From a virus (lineage: Duplodnaviria > Heunggongvirae > Uroviricota > Caudoviricetes): 15,998 bases of DNA. Shown in pieces: positions 1 through 8,009 of this stretch. How positions within the stretch are numbered: position 1 is the stretch's first letter; the number at the start of each line of letters is the position of its first letter. The notes below the pieces were generated by a model, which worked only from the letters and a program-made list of their open reading frames with translations, searched no databases and was not told where the DNA came from. The position numbers and the translations under genes are program-made. The DNA lies in IMG/VR virus record IMGVR_UViG_3300037418_002559, positions 1 to 15,998 of that record. The stretch is one strand, 5' to 3'.

Positions 1-881
1 GGCCCGTAAGTTCCAGGTGCTTTAGTAGTCAACAGCGAGAATTGCGACCCGTAGAATACGTTGCGATAGAATTGAAAGTTATCCGCGCCGCCGAACTCGA
101 AGAAGATGCCATCGTTGGGCGAGTTGTAAATGGTGTTGTAGCGCCAAATGACCACACCACTTGGTCCAAACGGATAGCTGTATACGATGTCCTCGTGATC
201 CACGCCGTCGTTGAACGTGTCGTGGATGGAGTTGTACTGCACCACGGAGTTCTGCCAATTCTCCTCGCGGAAAGTCTCGCTCATGTTGAAGAGTTCGCAG
301 TACTGAACTGTGAAGTTCGTCACTGTATTGCTTGCGGGCACGATGTTGATGCCGTAAGCGCCGACTGAGCAGTTGCCAGCGGGAGCGCAGGCCGGTCCAG
401 CGAATTTAATGTGGTCAAGTGTGTCGCCAGTAATGGAGCGTGTCAGCGCTCCGACGCAGCTGTTACCGCCGCCAACGGAAGTCGTGCCTACCCAGCCACC
501 CGGTATTCTGCCGCTGATGGTTGTGTAGTCACCTTCTAAATCGCAAACTGCTCCAGCTGTGTTCACCGTGGAATCGAAGCCTGCTGACCAACCGGGAGCG
601 GCTACTGGAACGCTGTCGGTGGCGAGTACGCGCTGAATGGTAAGCCTACTACCGCTGGTGCACACCTTCGTCGGTGTAATAACTTGGGTGTAGTTACCAC
701 CCGCCACCCAGATAGTGTCTCCGCAGGCTACCGAGGCGAAGTTGATGGAGTTGAAATCCGTCCATGCGTTCGTCCAGCTCGTACCAGAGCCAGTACCAGA
801 AGCCGACTTACTGACATACCAATTACCGGCTAAGCAAGTCTCAGGCAATAGCAACAATACGAGCAACGCAAGCCGTTTCAA
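1..881 (-). CDS. Secreted right-handed parallel beta-helix (pectin-lyase-like) protein, 3'-truncated by the window edge; not in the supplied ORF track
   Basis: Manual translation from TTG at 881 (overlapping the TGA of 878..1630) is open to base 1: MKRLALLVLLLLPETCLA-GNWYVSKSASGTGSGTSWTNAWTDF...VACGDTIWVAGGNY...VVQYNSIHDTFNDGVDHEDIVY...WRYNTIYNSPNDGIFFEFGGADNFQFYRNVFY. It has a signal-peptide-like N-terminus, a WYV..G.GSG.SW.NAW start motif and N/T-I-Y ladder repeats typical of beta-helices. Confidence 0.8.
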   Translation of the reverse strand, partial: MKRLALLVLLLLPETCLAGNWYVSKSASGTGSGTSWTNAWTDFNSINFASVACGDTIWVAGGNYTQVITPTKVCTSGSRLTIQRVLATDSVPVAAPGWSAGFDSTVNTAGAVCDLEGDYTTISGRIPGGWVGTTSVGGGNSCVGALTRSITGDTLDHIKFAGPACAPAGNCSVGAYGINIVPASNTVTNFTVQYCELFNMSETFREENWQNSVVQYNSIHDTFNDGVDHEDIVYSYPFGPSGVVIWRYNTIYNSPNDGIFFEFGGADNFQFYRNVFYGSQFSLLTTKAPGTYG

Positions 882-1630
882 AACATCACCGCTTTGCCAC
901 GTGTAGAAGCACTAGCTCCTGAATTCAACTGGAAAGTCAGTACAGTGCCAATAGAAACATCACTGACAATCGTAGTAGAAGCTGATTGCGTTCCAGTTGC
1001 GGTGATTGACTTATCCCACCATCCAGTGGTGTTGCGTGAAGAAGCCGAACGGTTGGCACTGAACCCGGACGGAGCTACCCCGTAAGTTTGCGCGGCGTTC
1101 CAGTTATCGCACGTAAACACCACCAGTTCGTTAGGGTTGGTGGTTACACCAGTAGTCCCAGAGCTGCATGTGGTGCTGGTGGCGTTCACCGAAGGGGCAA
1201 TCTTGTCCACGGTGGCCGATACGAATCCAGACGTGGCCGTGTAGCTCCCGCTTTCGATCGAAATGAAGCCGTCCGTGGTCGCACCGGCCCAGGTTCCCGT
1301 AATGACCGGGGTGCCTGCGCCTGTGACAAGGCAGGCTGCCCACGTACTAGTGAACAGCCCGGTCTGCGTCTGTACGTTTCCAGAAGAAGTGCAGCTCGCC
1401 GTGGCACCAGCTACGGTCGCGGCGAAGGTTAGGGCGTCGCCAGCGGTGTTGTCGTGCTTTGACGAGATTACCAGCAGAGTTCCGACCGCTTGACTGGTTG
1501 CATAAGTGCATGTGACCGACTGCCCAGAACTGGCTATTTGGTTCACGCAGCCGGTCACATAGGTGGCGGATACCGCATGCGCCAGTGGCGCCACCAACAG
1601 CATTAGAAACAGCGTTATGAGTTTTCTCAT
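878..1630 (-). CDS. Secreted Thr/Ser/Gly-rich beta-strand protein (hypothetical; fibre or appendage-associated)
   Basis: 250-aa ORF with ATGA overlap with the upstream stop and a Sec-type signal peptide MRKLITLFLMLLVAPLAHA. It sits in a tightly coupled minus-strand run. Confidence 0.8.
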   Translation of the reverse strand: MRKLITLFLMLLVAPLAHAVSATYVTGCVNQIASSGQSVTCTYATSQAVGTLLVISSKHDNTAGDALTFAATVAGATASCTSSGNVQTQTGLFTSTWAACLVTGAGTPVITGTWAGATTDGFISIESGSYTATSGFVSATVDKIAPSVNATSTTCSSGTTGVTTNPNELVVFTCDNWNAAQTYGVAPSGFSANRSASSRNTTGWWDKSITATGTQSASTTIVSDVSIGTVLTFQLNSGASASTRGKAVMF

Positions 1631-4188
1631 TGCGCGCAGTCCAGGCTAAACGTTACCTGCTTGGCCCCGCTCACTGCGGTAATGAAGAAACCAAGAGTGT
1701 CGTTAGCCGCTATGGAAGTAGAAGTGAAGTCGGTCAGCGTCGTCGAGTCGATCTTGGTTCCGGTCGCAAGAGAAACGCCAGAGGTAGAGATTGAGTTAGA
1801 AGCTACGGTTGGCAGCGCCGTACCGCCGTTCACGCGCGCCGTCTTGACGGTCACTGTGCCAGAATCGGCCATGATGTGCCAACCGGTAATGGTACATGCG
1901 AATGGAACGGTGATGTAGCCTACTTCAGACGTGGTGAGCGCGGAGCCAGTTGCCACGTCGCCGAACGACCATCCCAAGGATCTGGTTGTGGAAATATATG
2001 TGCCGACCGACTGGCTTATTCCGTTAACTGTAGAAGGTGTAGCGAACTTCATCACTTGCCCGGCAGGATTGGCCGCTGGCAGTTGCAGAAAATATGCCGG
2101 TGTGCCAGAAGCAGGACCAGCAAAGCCGACGTAATTGGCTGGTAGCGAACCGGTGGCGATGGTTCCGGTGCCGACGCCCAGCGCCGCTACGCCTTGTGTG
2201 GAGCCGCTGGTGGCGATTGAGGTTGGCGTGATGGCGCCGAGCGTCAAAGCAATTGTACCGTTGGAAGTCACAGGCGAGCCGCTTACACCGATGCCGTTCG
2301 CTCCCGTCACTGCTACAGACGTGACCGTGCCTGCACCAGCCCACGTGCCGTCGCCGCGCCAAAAGGTAGAAGCCGAAGCGCTAGTGCCGGAGTTGAGGTG
2401 GCTTACACCAAGGTTGCCAGTAACGTCCGCTGTAGCCAGATTGACCGCACTGGACGTGACAGCCGACTCGTTCACGCCATCCGCCGTTGCTGGCGCTGCT
2501 GCATGAATAATGCCAGCTGTAATTGTGGCGGGCAGCTTTAACAGGTACGCCGTGCCTCCTGTCGCTGGCGCCGCAAGACCGGCAGAGTTGGCTGGCAATG
2601 CTGCGATGCTGCCTGCACCAGCTGTAAGTTTTACCGCTCCTGGAGTAAGGCCATTCGTTCCAATAGAAGCCACTACAACTGGCTCTGCTGATGTTACGGT
2701 CGTACCGTCGTCTGATAGCGCGGAGTTGATAATGGAGTTTGGTCCGTTCGCGCGCGGTAGAACGTTGGTAGTCAGCGAAGTGGACGTGGTATTTCCGCTT
2801 CCGCCGCTCACGGCAGTGATGACGCCGCTGGTGCAGGTGATGGTGGTGCCGTCGCACTTCACGCCGCCCAGCACAGAGGTCGTAGCCTGCGGCAGCGTAT
2901 ATCCACTCCCATTCGCAATTACGAACGCCGTGGTTGCCAGCTTAGTTGAGTTATCTCCATTCGCTTGCGTTGTTGCCGTTGTGCCGTTCGGCAGTGCTGG
3001 CGTGCCGGAAAGATTTGCCGCCGTGCCGGTCGTGTTCTGATTCAACGTTGCGATGAACGAGGCCGGAATCTGGTTTGAGGCACTGTAGGACAAGCCCCAC
3101 GCATTGCTGCCCGCATAATTCGCAATGCCAGCTGCTGCGGGCCAGGTCATGGTGCCGCCGGAATACTGCGGTATGTTCAGCGTCCCGCTGGACACTGTGG
3201 CTGGGCCGCTAGTCCCGGTGGTGGTCAGTGCGGTGATGTAGCGATTGGCGAGCGCGAACGCGGTCGTGGCGAGCTTGGTCGTATTGTCGCCCAGCGTTTG
3301 CGTAGTCGCCGTAGTGCCATTGGGGAGGGCTGGCGTGCCGGACAGGTTGGCGGCAGTGCCGGTGGTGTTCTGATTCAGCACAGGCACGTCAGCCGCTACG
3401 ATACTGCGCGCGTGCGGAGCGCCGTCGGTGCCAATGTAATCGAGAAACTCATTGGCCACGGAAGTGGAAGCTTGTACGCCGCCCAGCGCACCCACAGTAG
3501 GCGTGGGTATCTGCGCCGCAGCGAGCGTGCCAGTTATGTCTGCGAACGACGGCTGCGCAGTACCGAACAAGCCAGAAACGGAATCGTAATTAGCGATGAA
3601 CTGGTGCGCCAGCTGCGTGCGCGTAACCGGCAGCTGCGTACCACTCGGCAGGTAGGGCAGAGCAGGCAAGTCACCAGCGGTAAGCGCGCAGAGACCTACA
3701 CTCGTTGCCGTGCCGCAAGTGCCCAGTACGAGGTGCGACGTCTGCCCTGTGGCGCTCTGGAATGTCTGCGTACCGGACGACGACAGAGTAGTGGGCGAAG
3801 CAGCCAGCCATGAAGGCAGCGCCCAAGCGATACTGCCAATGCCAGTACCCGTACCGCTGAAGGTGTACGTATTGCCTATATGAGAAACACCCGGCCCAGT
3901 AAATGAAAAGTTACCGGTAAGTGTGTCAATACTTTGAACGCCGTTGGCGGTGCCAACCTTCTGCCAAGTGAGCGGCGTACCAGTACACTGGTAGACACCG
4001 CCACCAGCTGTTGTGCTGGTGTTAACAACAGTAAGGTAGTTAGGATACGCGCAAGAGCCCGCAGGCGTGTAGCTCTGATAGACTACGTAGCCCGCTGTAG
4101 GCGGGCCTTGCGCACGCACTACTTTGCAGCCAACAGTAGCTGACAATGCGCAAAGTAGTGACACAATGAAGAGAAGTTTCTTAGGCAC
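1627..4188 (-). CDS. Large tail-fibre-like / adhesin-like protein with N-terminal signal peptide and internal repeats
   Basis: 853 aa, GTG start after AAGGAG, hydrophobic N-terminus MPKKLLFIVSLLCALSATVGC. It is T/S/G/A-rich and has two copies of the fibre-repeat-like motif TTATTQxxGDN(S/T)TKLATTAF. Confidence 0.75.
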   Translation of the reverse strand: MPKKLLFIVSLLCALSATVGCKVVRAQGPPTAGYVVYQSYTPAGSCAYPNYLTVVNTSTTAGGGVYQCTGTPLTWQKVGTANGVQSIDTLTGNFSFTGPGVSHIGNTYTFSGTGTGIGSIAWALPSWLAASPTTLSSSGTQTFQSATGQTSHLVLGTCGTATSVGLCALTAGDLPALPYLPSGTQLPVTRTQLAHQFIANYDSVSGLFGTAQPSFADITGTLAAAQIPTPTVGALGGVQASTSVANEFLDYIGTDGAPHARSIVAADVPVLNQNTTGTAANLSGTPALPNGTTATTQTLGDNTTKLATTAFALANRYITALTTTGTSGPATVSSGTLNIPQYSGGTMTWPAAAGIANYAGSNAWGLSYSASNQIPASFIATLNQNTTGTAANLSGTPALPNGTTATTQANGDNSTKLATTAFVIANGSGYTLPQATTSVLGGVKCDGTTITCTSGVITAVSGGSGNTTSTSLTTNVLPRANGPNSIINSALSDDGTTVTSAEPVVVASIGTNGLTPGAVKLTAGAGSIAALPANSAGLAAPATGGTAYLLKLPATITAGIIHAAAPATADGVNESAVTSSAVNLATADVTGNLGVSHLNSGTSASASTFWRGDGTWAGAGTVTSVAVTGANGIGVSGSPVTSNGTIALTLGAITPTSIATSGSTQGVAALGVGTGTIATGSLPANYVGFAGPASGTPAYFLQLPAANPAGQVMKFATPSTVNGISQSVGTYISTTRSLGWSFGDVATGSALTTSEVGYITVPFACTITGWHIMADSGTVTVKTARVNGGTALPTVASNSISTSGVSLATGTKIDSTTLTDFTSTSIAANDTLGFFITAVSGAKQVTFSLDCAQ
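2911..3378 (-). repeat. Intragenic 45-aa duplication (copies ~3243-3378 and ~2911-3045)
   Basis: LNQNTTGTAANLSGTPALPNGTTATTQ(TL/AN)GDN(T/S)TKLATTAF(A/V)(L/I)AN occurs twice in the 853-aa protein. Confidence 0.9.
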
Positions 4189-4204
4189 ACTGGCTCCTTC
4201 TTAC

Positions 4205-5074
4205 TTAGGCCGCTACACGCTCTTCTAGGCCCACGGCAATTTTCTTGAATTGTGGCTTGGTCATGGTCGTAATTCGGCCATTCCAGTAAACACGCGCTGG
4301 GAATTGAATATCGTCCAGCGTAAGAATAGGAATGACAACACAGCGACAATTGTAGATCTCACCCGCTTGGTAGTTTCCTTGCGATTTTTCGCCAACCAGT
4401 AGTTCAGGTGATGGTGCGTGGCCCCATGGCACGATCACACCGTCCATGTGCTTATGACTTTTACGGGTACGCTGGTCTTGGCTGGTCTCCCACTGATACC
4501 ACTCCACATTCAGCCGTTCGCAGCGTGCTTGCGTTAGTGCCGTACTCGCTTTGGCCGTCTCCGTCCGGCTGATAAGATGGGTGCGGGAACGAAGAAGCTC
4601 AGGGAAGCGCTTCTGGGCCATTTTTGCGACGGTCTTGGGACGTGCGCCTGACTGCTGCGCCTTAGCAATCTCGTCTGTGAGTGTAGTGGCGGCTGCCAGC
4701 GGTAACGAAGAGATGAGCTTGGCGTTTTCCCGTACAAGCTGGTGAACTCGCGCACCCGTAGCTCCTTGCATCTCAGCTTCTAATAACTTGTACAGCATTG
4801 GCGCACGGCTGGAACGACTGGCAGCTTCCCGCCACGTGCGCCAGTTGGTCTTCTGCGTATGGAAGATCATACGCTTGGCGAGCAGCTCGGCTGCGTTCTG
4901 GATGTCTTTCTCCTGGCTGCGCCGTGCTAGGTCGGCAAGCCATTGATTGAACGACTGCTCCGGCTTCTTTTTTGAAGACAATAAAACGCGGCCCGTTATT
5001 TCACGGATGCCGCGTTCATAGGCTCGTTGCAGTCGCTGTGTAGGTCCGAACTCGGGTGGTTTTCGTGGGGGCAT
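4205..5074 (-). CDS. Phage head morphogenesis protein (SPP1 gp7 / Mu F family)
   Basis: 289 aa with the family motifs RTHLISRTETAKA, YQWETSQDQRTRKSHKHMDG and AGEIYNCRC. GAGG SD precedes the ATG. Confidence 0.9.
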   Translation of the reverse strand: MPPRKPPEFGPTQRLQRAYERGIREITGRVLLSSKKKPEQSFNQWLADLARRSQEKDIQNAAELLAKRMIFHTQKTNWRTWREAASRSSRAPMLYKLLEAEMQGATGARVHQLVRENAKLISSLPLAAATTLTDEIAKAQQSGARPKTVAKMAQKRFPELLRSRTHLISRTETAKASTALTQARCERLNVEWYQWETSQDQRTRKSHKHMDGVIVPWGHAPSPELLVGEKSQGNYQAGEIYNCRCVVIPILTLDDIQFPARVYWNGRITTMTKPQFKKIAVGLEERVAA

Positions 5075-5082
5075 GCTGCCTC

Positions 5083-7098
5083 TTAGTCAGTTTCCCAGTC
5101 CTTAATCCTTGGATCTCCAGTGAATTCTTGAAGCGCCTTCAACCGGGTCACGAAGTTCCCTATTTCCTTCTTGTTCTTGCGCGCCCATTCAACGAACTGA
5201 GAAGTGTTAACTTGGAATGCCGTAGGCCCGTTCAATTTGTAGCTGACGTTGATCATGGAGGCGTCGCCCACCGGCGCTACGTCCTTGGCCCTGGCAAGAT
5301 TGCCGCCGGTGATGTTATGGAATCCATTCTTGCGCTCGTTGAGCACGCGCCACTCATTCTTGCCGCCCTCGTTACGACGAACAAAGCCGTGACTGACCAT
5401 CTGTTCCGTTGGCGGATCGACGGGGAAGCGATACTCGAAGCCGTTACGCTCCAGGCTCTTCGCAAGCGCCTTGGCTTTGTCCGCGTTCACGCCCATCATG
5501 CCGACGTGTGCACCCACCGGCGCTACGTCCTTGGCCAGCGCCTTCTTCAATGCGGACTTAGACTTGCCGTACTTACCATTCAGCACGTCGTTCACGAAGC
5601 GCAGGTCAAATCCTGTCTCCTTAGCAATAGCTGCTGGCTTCTTACCTGCTTCCGCCTCGCGGATAATAAGCATGGCGCTGCCGTAGTCTGTATCGCGCTC
5701 GAAGGGGGAGGCGTCGGTGGCGCTGCCTGACGGCACTGCCCTAATAATGTGCCACTCCCACCCCAGTTTAGCGCGCTCCGGCTCTGCCTTCTTCTTGGCC
5801 TCCTCCTTTGAGGAGGCTGTCACAGTAACGTACTTTTTCTGACTAAGATAGTAAGCGTTACGGATTGTTACAGTCCACGTACCTGCGTCCTCCGCCTTGG
5901 GCCGCTGTGAGCGCGGAATCACCTTGGCGATGGGTGCGAGCGCCTTGTTCTCGGAGTCGATGGCTTTGAAAGCCGCGTTCTGTTTCTTTGCAGCTTCATA
6001 TAGCGCTTTATCTTCTGCTGTTTTTGGCGGGTACGCAACGAAGAGTTTCAAGATGTTATTCAGAAGATGTTGTTTGTCCTTCACTTGCGCAAGGCGCTTC
6101 TGCAGCTTCTGTTCTGCCGAGTCCCCCGTCCGCCCCTTGAGCAGCGCGTGGATAGCCTTGGCCTCTTTACCGCCGATGCGCTTGTCCTTGTTGATTTCCT
6201 TCTGGACGGCTTCGGCGTTGTACTTAATGGGCTTTACTTCGGCGTCCTTCCCACCACGCATGCGCTCGCCAGCCTTAATCTGACGCAGTGCAGCTTCGTG
6301 TGCTAGCTTAGCTACTTGTGGGCTGACTGTTGGCTCTGCTGGTGCTGGCGTGTACTTGACGGGCTTCACTTCGGCGTCCTTCGCTCTACTGGGCTTGTAC
6401 GTCAACTGTTCCACATGCGCTTTATCTTTCGGTCGTTTGCCTTTGTTGTACAGCTTCTCCGCAGCTGCGTTCGTTATGTCAAGCTCTCTAGCCAGAACAC
6501 TAATCTCTGCGTATTTCGGCGAAAGACCTGTGGGCTGGCCCAGCGGACCGGCGTCCTTGGCCTGGAACTGCGTGCGCGACAGATCGGACGCGGGTAGCTC
6601 TTTGTTAGTTCCCATGTGCCGCACCAGGTACGCTCCGCTCGACTTAACGGCCCGTATCAGTCCGGTTCCGCCGCCGTGGGTGGTGTTCACGAACACGCGC
6701 TCACCCTCCTTGAAACCGTCGGCGTCGCCCACCGGAGCGACGTCCGTCGTAAAGCGCTTCAGCTTCGGCTCGCCATACACTTGGTGCCCCTGCTTCTCGG
6801 CGACGGCCTTCGCCGCTTCTGGATCCGTCGCCGTGACGGTCATCCACTTGACGGTGGCACCGCTCTTGACACGCATCACGAACTCCTTCGCCGCTGAGTC
6901 CTCCGCGTACTCGCTGGGGTGCTCTTTGTTCTCAGTGCTGTCGCCCAACGGGGCGACGTCCTTGCCGCGACCACGCAGAGCAATAGCTGCTTCGCTGGCA
7001 CTGTTGAACGGGCCAAACCGCAAACTATCGTTCGGCAGGCGGTAGAACCACTTGCCGTTTACGACTACGATCGTTCCTTCTCTACCTTCGAATCCCAT
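5083..7098 (-). CDS. Modular basic protein with repeated (A/G/T)-x-D-(A/S/V) linkers; putative processed internal head protein
   Basis: Likely start is ATG 7098 (GGAGG SD; the ORF track extends to 7125). Lys/Ala-rich modules of ~40-80 aa are separated by GKDVAPLGDS, TTDVAPVGDA, AKDAG, AKDAEVKPVKY, GKDAEVKPIKY, TGDSA, AEDAG, ATDAS, AKDVAPVGA and AKDVAPVGDA. Confidence 0.8.
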   Translation of the reverse strand: MGFEGREGTIVVVNGKWFYRLPNDSLRFGPFNSASEAAIALRGRGKDVAPLGDSTENKEHPSEYAEDSAAKEFVMRVKSGATVKWMTVTATDPEAAKAVAEKQGHQVYGEPKLKRFTTDVAPVGDADGFKEGERVFVNTTHGGGTGLIRAVKSSGAYLVRHMGTNKELPASDLSRTQFQAKDAGPLGQPTGLSPKYAEISVLARELDITNAAAEKLYNKGKRPKDKAHVEQLTYKPSRAKDAEVKPVKYTPAPAEPTVSPQVAKLAHEAALRQIKAGERMRGGKDAEVKPIKYNAEAVQKEINKDKRIGGKEAKAIHALLKGRTGDSAEQKLQKRLAQVKDKQHLLNNILKLFVAYPPKTAEDKALYEAAKKQNAAFKAIDSENKALAPIAKVIPRSQRPKAEDAGTWTVTIRNAYYLSQKKYVTVTASSKEEAKKKAEPERAKLGWEWHIIRAVPSGSATDASPFERDTDYGSAMLIIREAEAGKKPAAIAKETGFDLRFVNDVLNGKYGKSKSALKKALAKDVAPVGAHVGMMGVNADKAKALAKSLERNGFEYRFPVDPPTEQMVSHGFVRRNEGGKNEWRVLNERKNGFHNITGGNLARAKDVAPVGDASMINVSYKLNGPTAFQVNTSQFVEWARKNKKEIGNFVTRLKALQEFTGDPRIKDWETD
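5267..5536. repeat. Exact 24-nt direct repeat cccaccggcgctacgtccttggcc (5267-5290, 5513-5536) encoding the AKDVAPVG linker; degenerate copies near 6721-6745 and 6940-6967
   Basis: Read directly from the sequence. Confidence 0.9.
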
Positions 7099-7099
7099 C

Positions 7100-7261
7100 T
7101 CAATCCTCCAAGACCTGAGCCGCATCCAGCTCCGGTAGCATCCAGTTTATAACGCCGCCGGGTCTCCAGAAAATGCGAACGCCGGGTTGCTTGCTCAGCT
7201 CCCGCGCTTTTTCGCAGGTGGTAGTCGTGGTCTTGGGCATGACGAGTAGATTTTCCTTCAT
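7100..7261 (-). CDS. Small hypothetical protein (53 aa)
   Basis: ATG overlaps the TGA of 7258..7566 (ATGA). The ORF fills the gap to the SD of the next gene: MKENLLVMPKTTTTTCEKARELSKQPGVRIFWRPGG... Confidence 0.55.
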   Translation of the reverse strand: MKENLLVMPKTTTTTCEKARELSKQPGVRIFWRPGGVINWMLPELDAAQVLED

Positions 7262-7566
7262 GCTTGCGCTGCTCCTTGCGCAATGGCGTGGACGTACTGC
7301 TCGGGTAGCCACATGTAGACGAATGCGGCCTGCTCCTGCATGGGGTTGTCCTTGAGTTTGCAAACAGCGCCGTGCGCCAGCCGCAGCCGCAGCGTACCCT
7401 CCACCGGCGCGCCAGCGTCCTTGAGCTTGGCGAGTATGAGCTGCATGTACTGCTCCGGGTTGGTGTGGCAGGCGAACAGCATCTGTACGTCTTGCGTGCT
7501 GATTTCGACGCTGATGGGCTTCGGCCCTTGAAGGAGTTCTTGCGCTACTGCGATATCATTTGACAT
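7258..7566 (-). CDS. Hypothetical protein
   Basis: 102 aa, AGGAG SD, co-oriented with neighbours. Confidence 0.75.
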   Translation of the reverse strand: MSNDIAVAQELLQGPKPISVEISTQDVQMLFACHTNPEQYMQLILAKLKDAGAPVEGTLRLRLAHGAVCKLKDNPMQEQAAFVYMWLPEQYVHAIAQGAAQA

Positions 7567-7586
7567 CTTTGCTCCTACGAACAGGT

Positions 7587-7624
7587 AAAAAGATGGGCGC
7601 TCCGCCCTGCCGGATAGAGCGCCC
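7587..7624 (-). terminator. Putative Rho-independent terminator
   Basis: On the minus strand: GGGCGCTC ... GAGCGCCC (8-bp stem with internal GGCA-loop hairpin) followed by ATCTTTTT, in the 7567-7675 intergenic gap. Confidence 0.5.
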
Positions 7625-7675
7625 CAGGAGGCCTAACGTGAGGCAGTCTGTGCTAGCGGGCTGCCTGCAACAGCT

Positions 7676-7996
7676 TTAGATTTGAACTCCGTTGAACACT
7701 GCCTTCGGCATCCCAGCGAGCAGCACGCGAGCGGTCTGTAAACCCAGCATGTAGCCCTGCGTGAACTCGTTCATACTGTGCTCGAACGTACCCTCGCCGA
7801 CCAGCGCGTCTATTCTGCCTGCACCCAGACACGCGAGCTGTTGCGCTTGGCCGATCAGCAGTTTGCCCGTCTGGCTGCCAGGCTCGTTCATCGCTTTGAC
7901 GAACGCCGCCTTCAGCGTGTCAATTGCCATCTCCAGCATCATTACTGACGGTATTGTCGCTCCGTATACTGGCTCTTGCGGATTTCCTGCGTCCAT
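7676..7996 (-). CDS. Hypothetical protein
   Basis: 106 aa, AAGGAG SD, co-oriented. Confidence 0.75.
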   Translation of the reverse strand: MDAGNPQEPVYGATIPSVMMLEMAIDTLKAAFVKAMNEPGSQTGKLLIGQAQQLACLGAGRIDALVGEGTFEHSMNEFTQGYMLGLQTARVLLAGMPKAVFNGVQI

Positions 7997-8009
7997 CTTG
8001 CTGCTCCTT

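Noticed and set aside
42-4143. Plus-strand ORFs antisense to the secreted/fibre genes (for example 42..368, 2135..2506, 2510..3040, 3298..3813)
   Set aside because: They are shadow frames of GC-rich minus-strand genes, with no SD or recognisable motifs.
5260-6967. DVAPVG-linker DNA repeats as a CRISPR array or diversity-generating retroelement repeats
   Set aside because: The repeats are in-frame coding with irregular 250-1200 nt spacing. They show no adenine-specific mismatch pattern, and no cas or reverse transcriptase gene is in the window.
5056-7045. Plus-strand ORFs 5056..5730, 5897..6283 and 6350..7045
   Set aside because: They lie fully antisense to the well-supported 671-aa gene.
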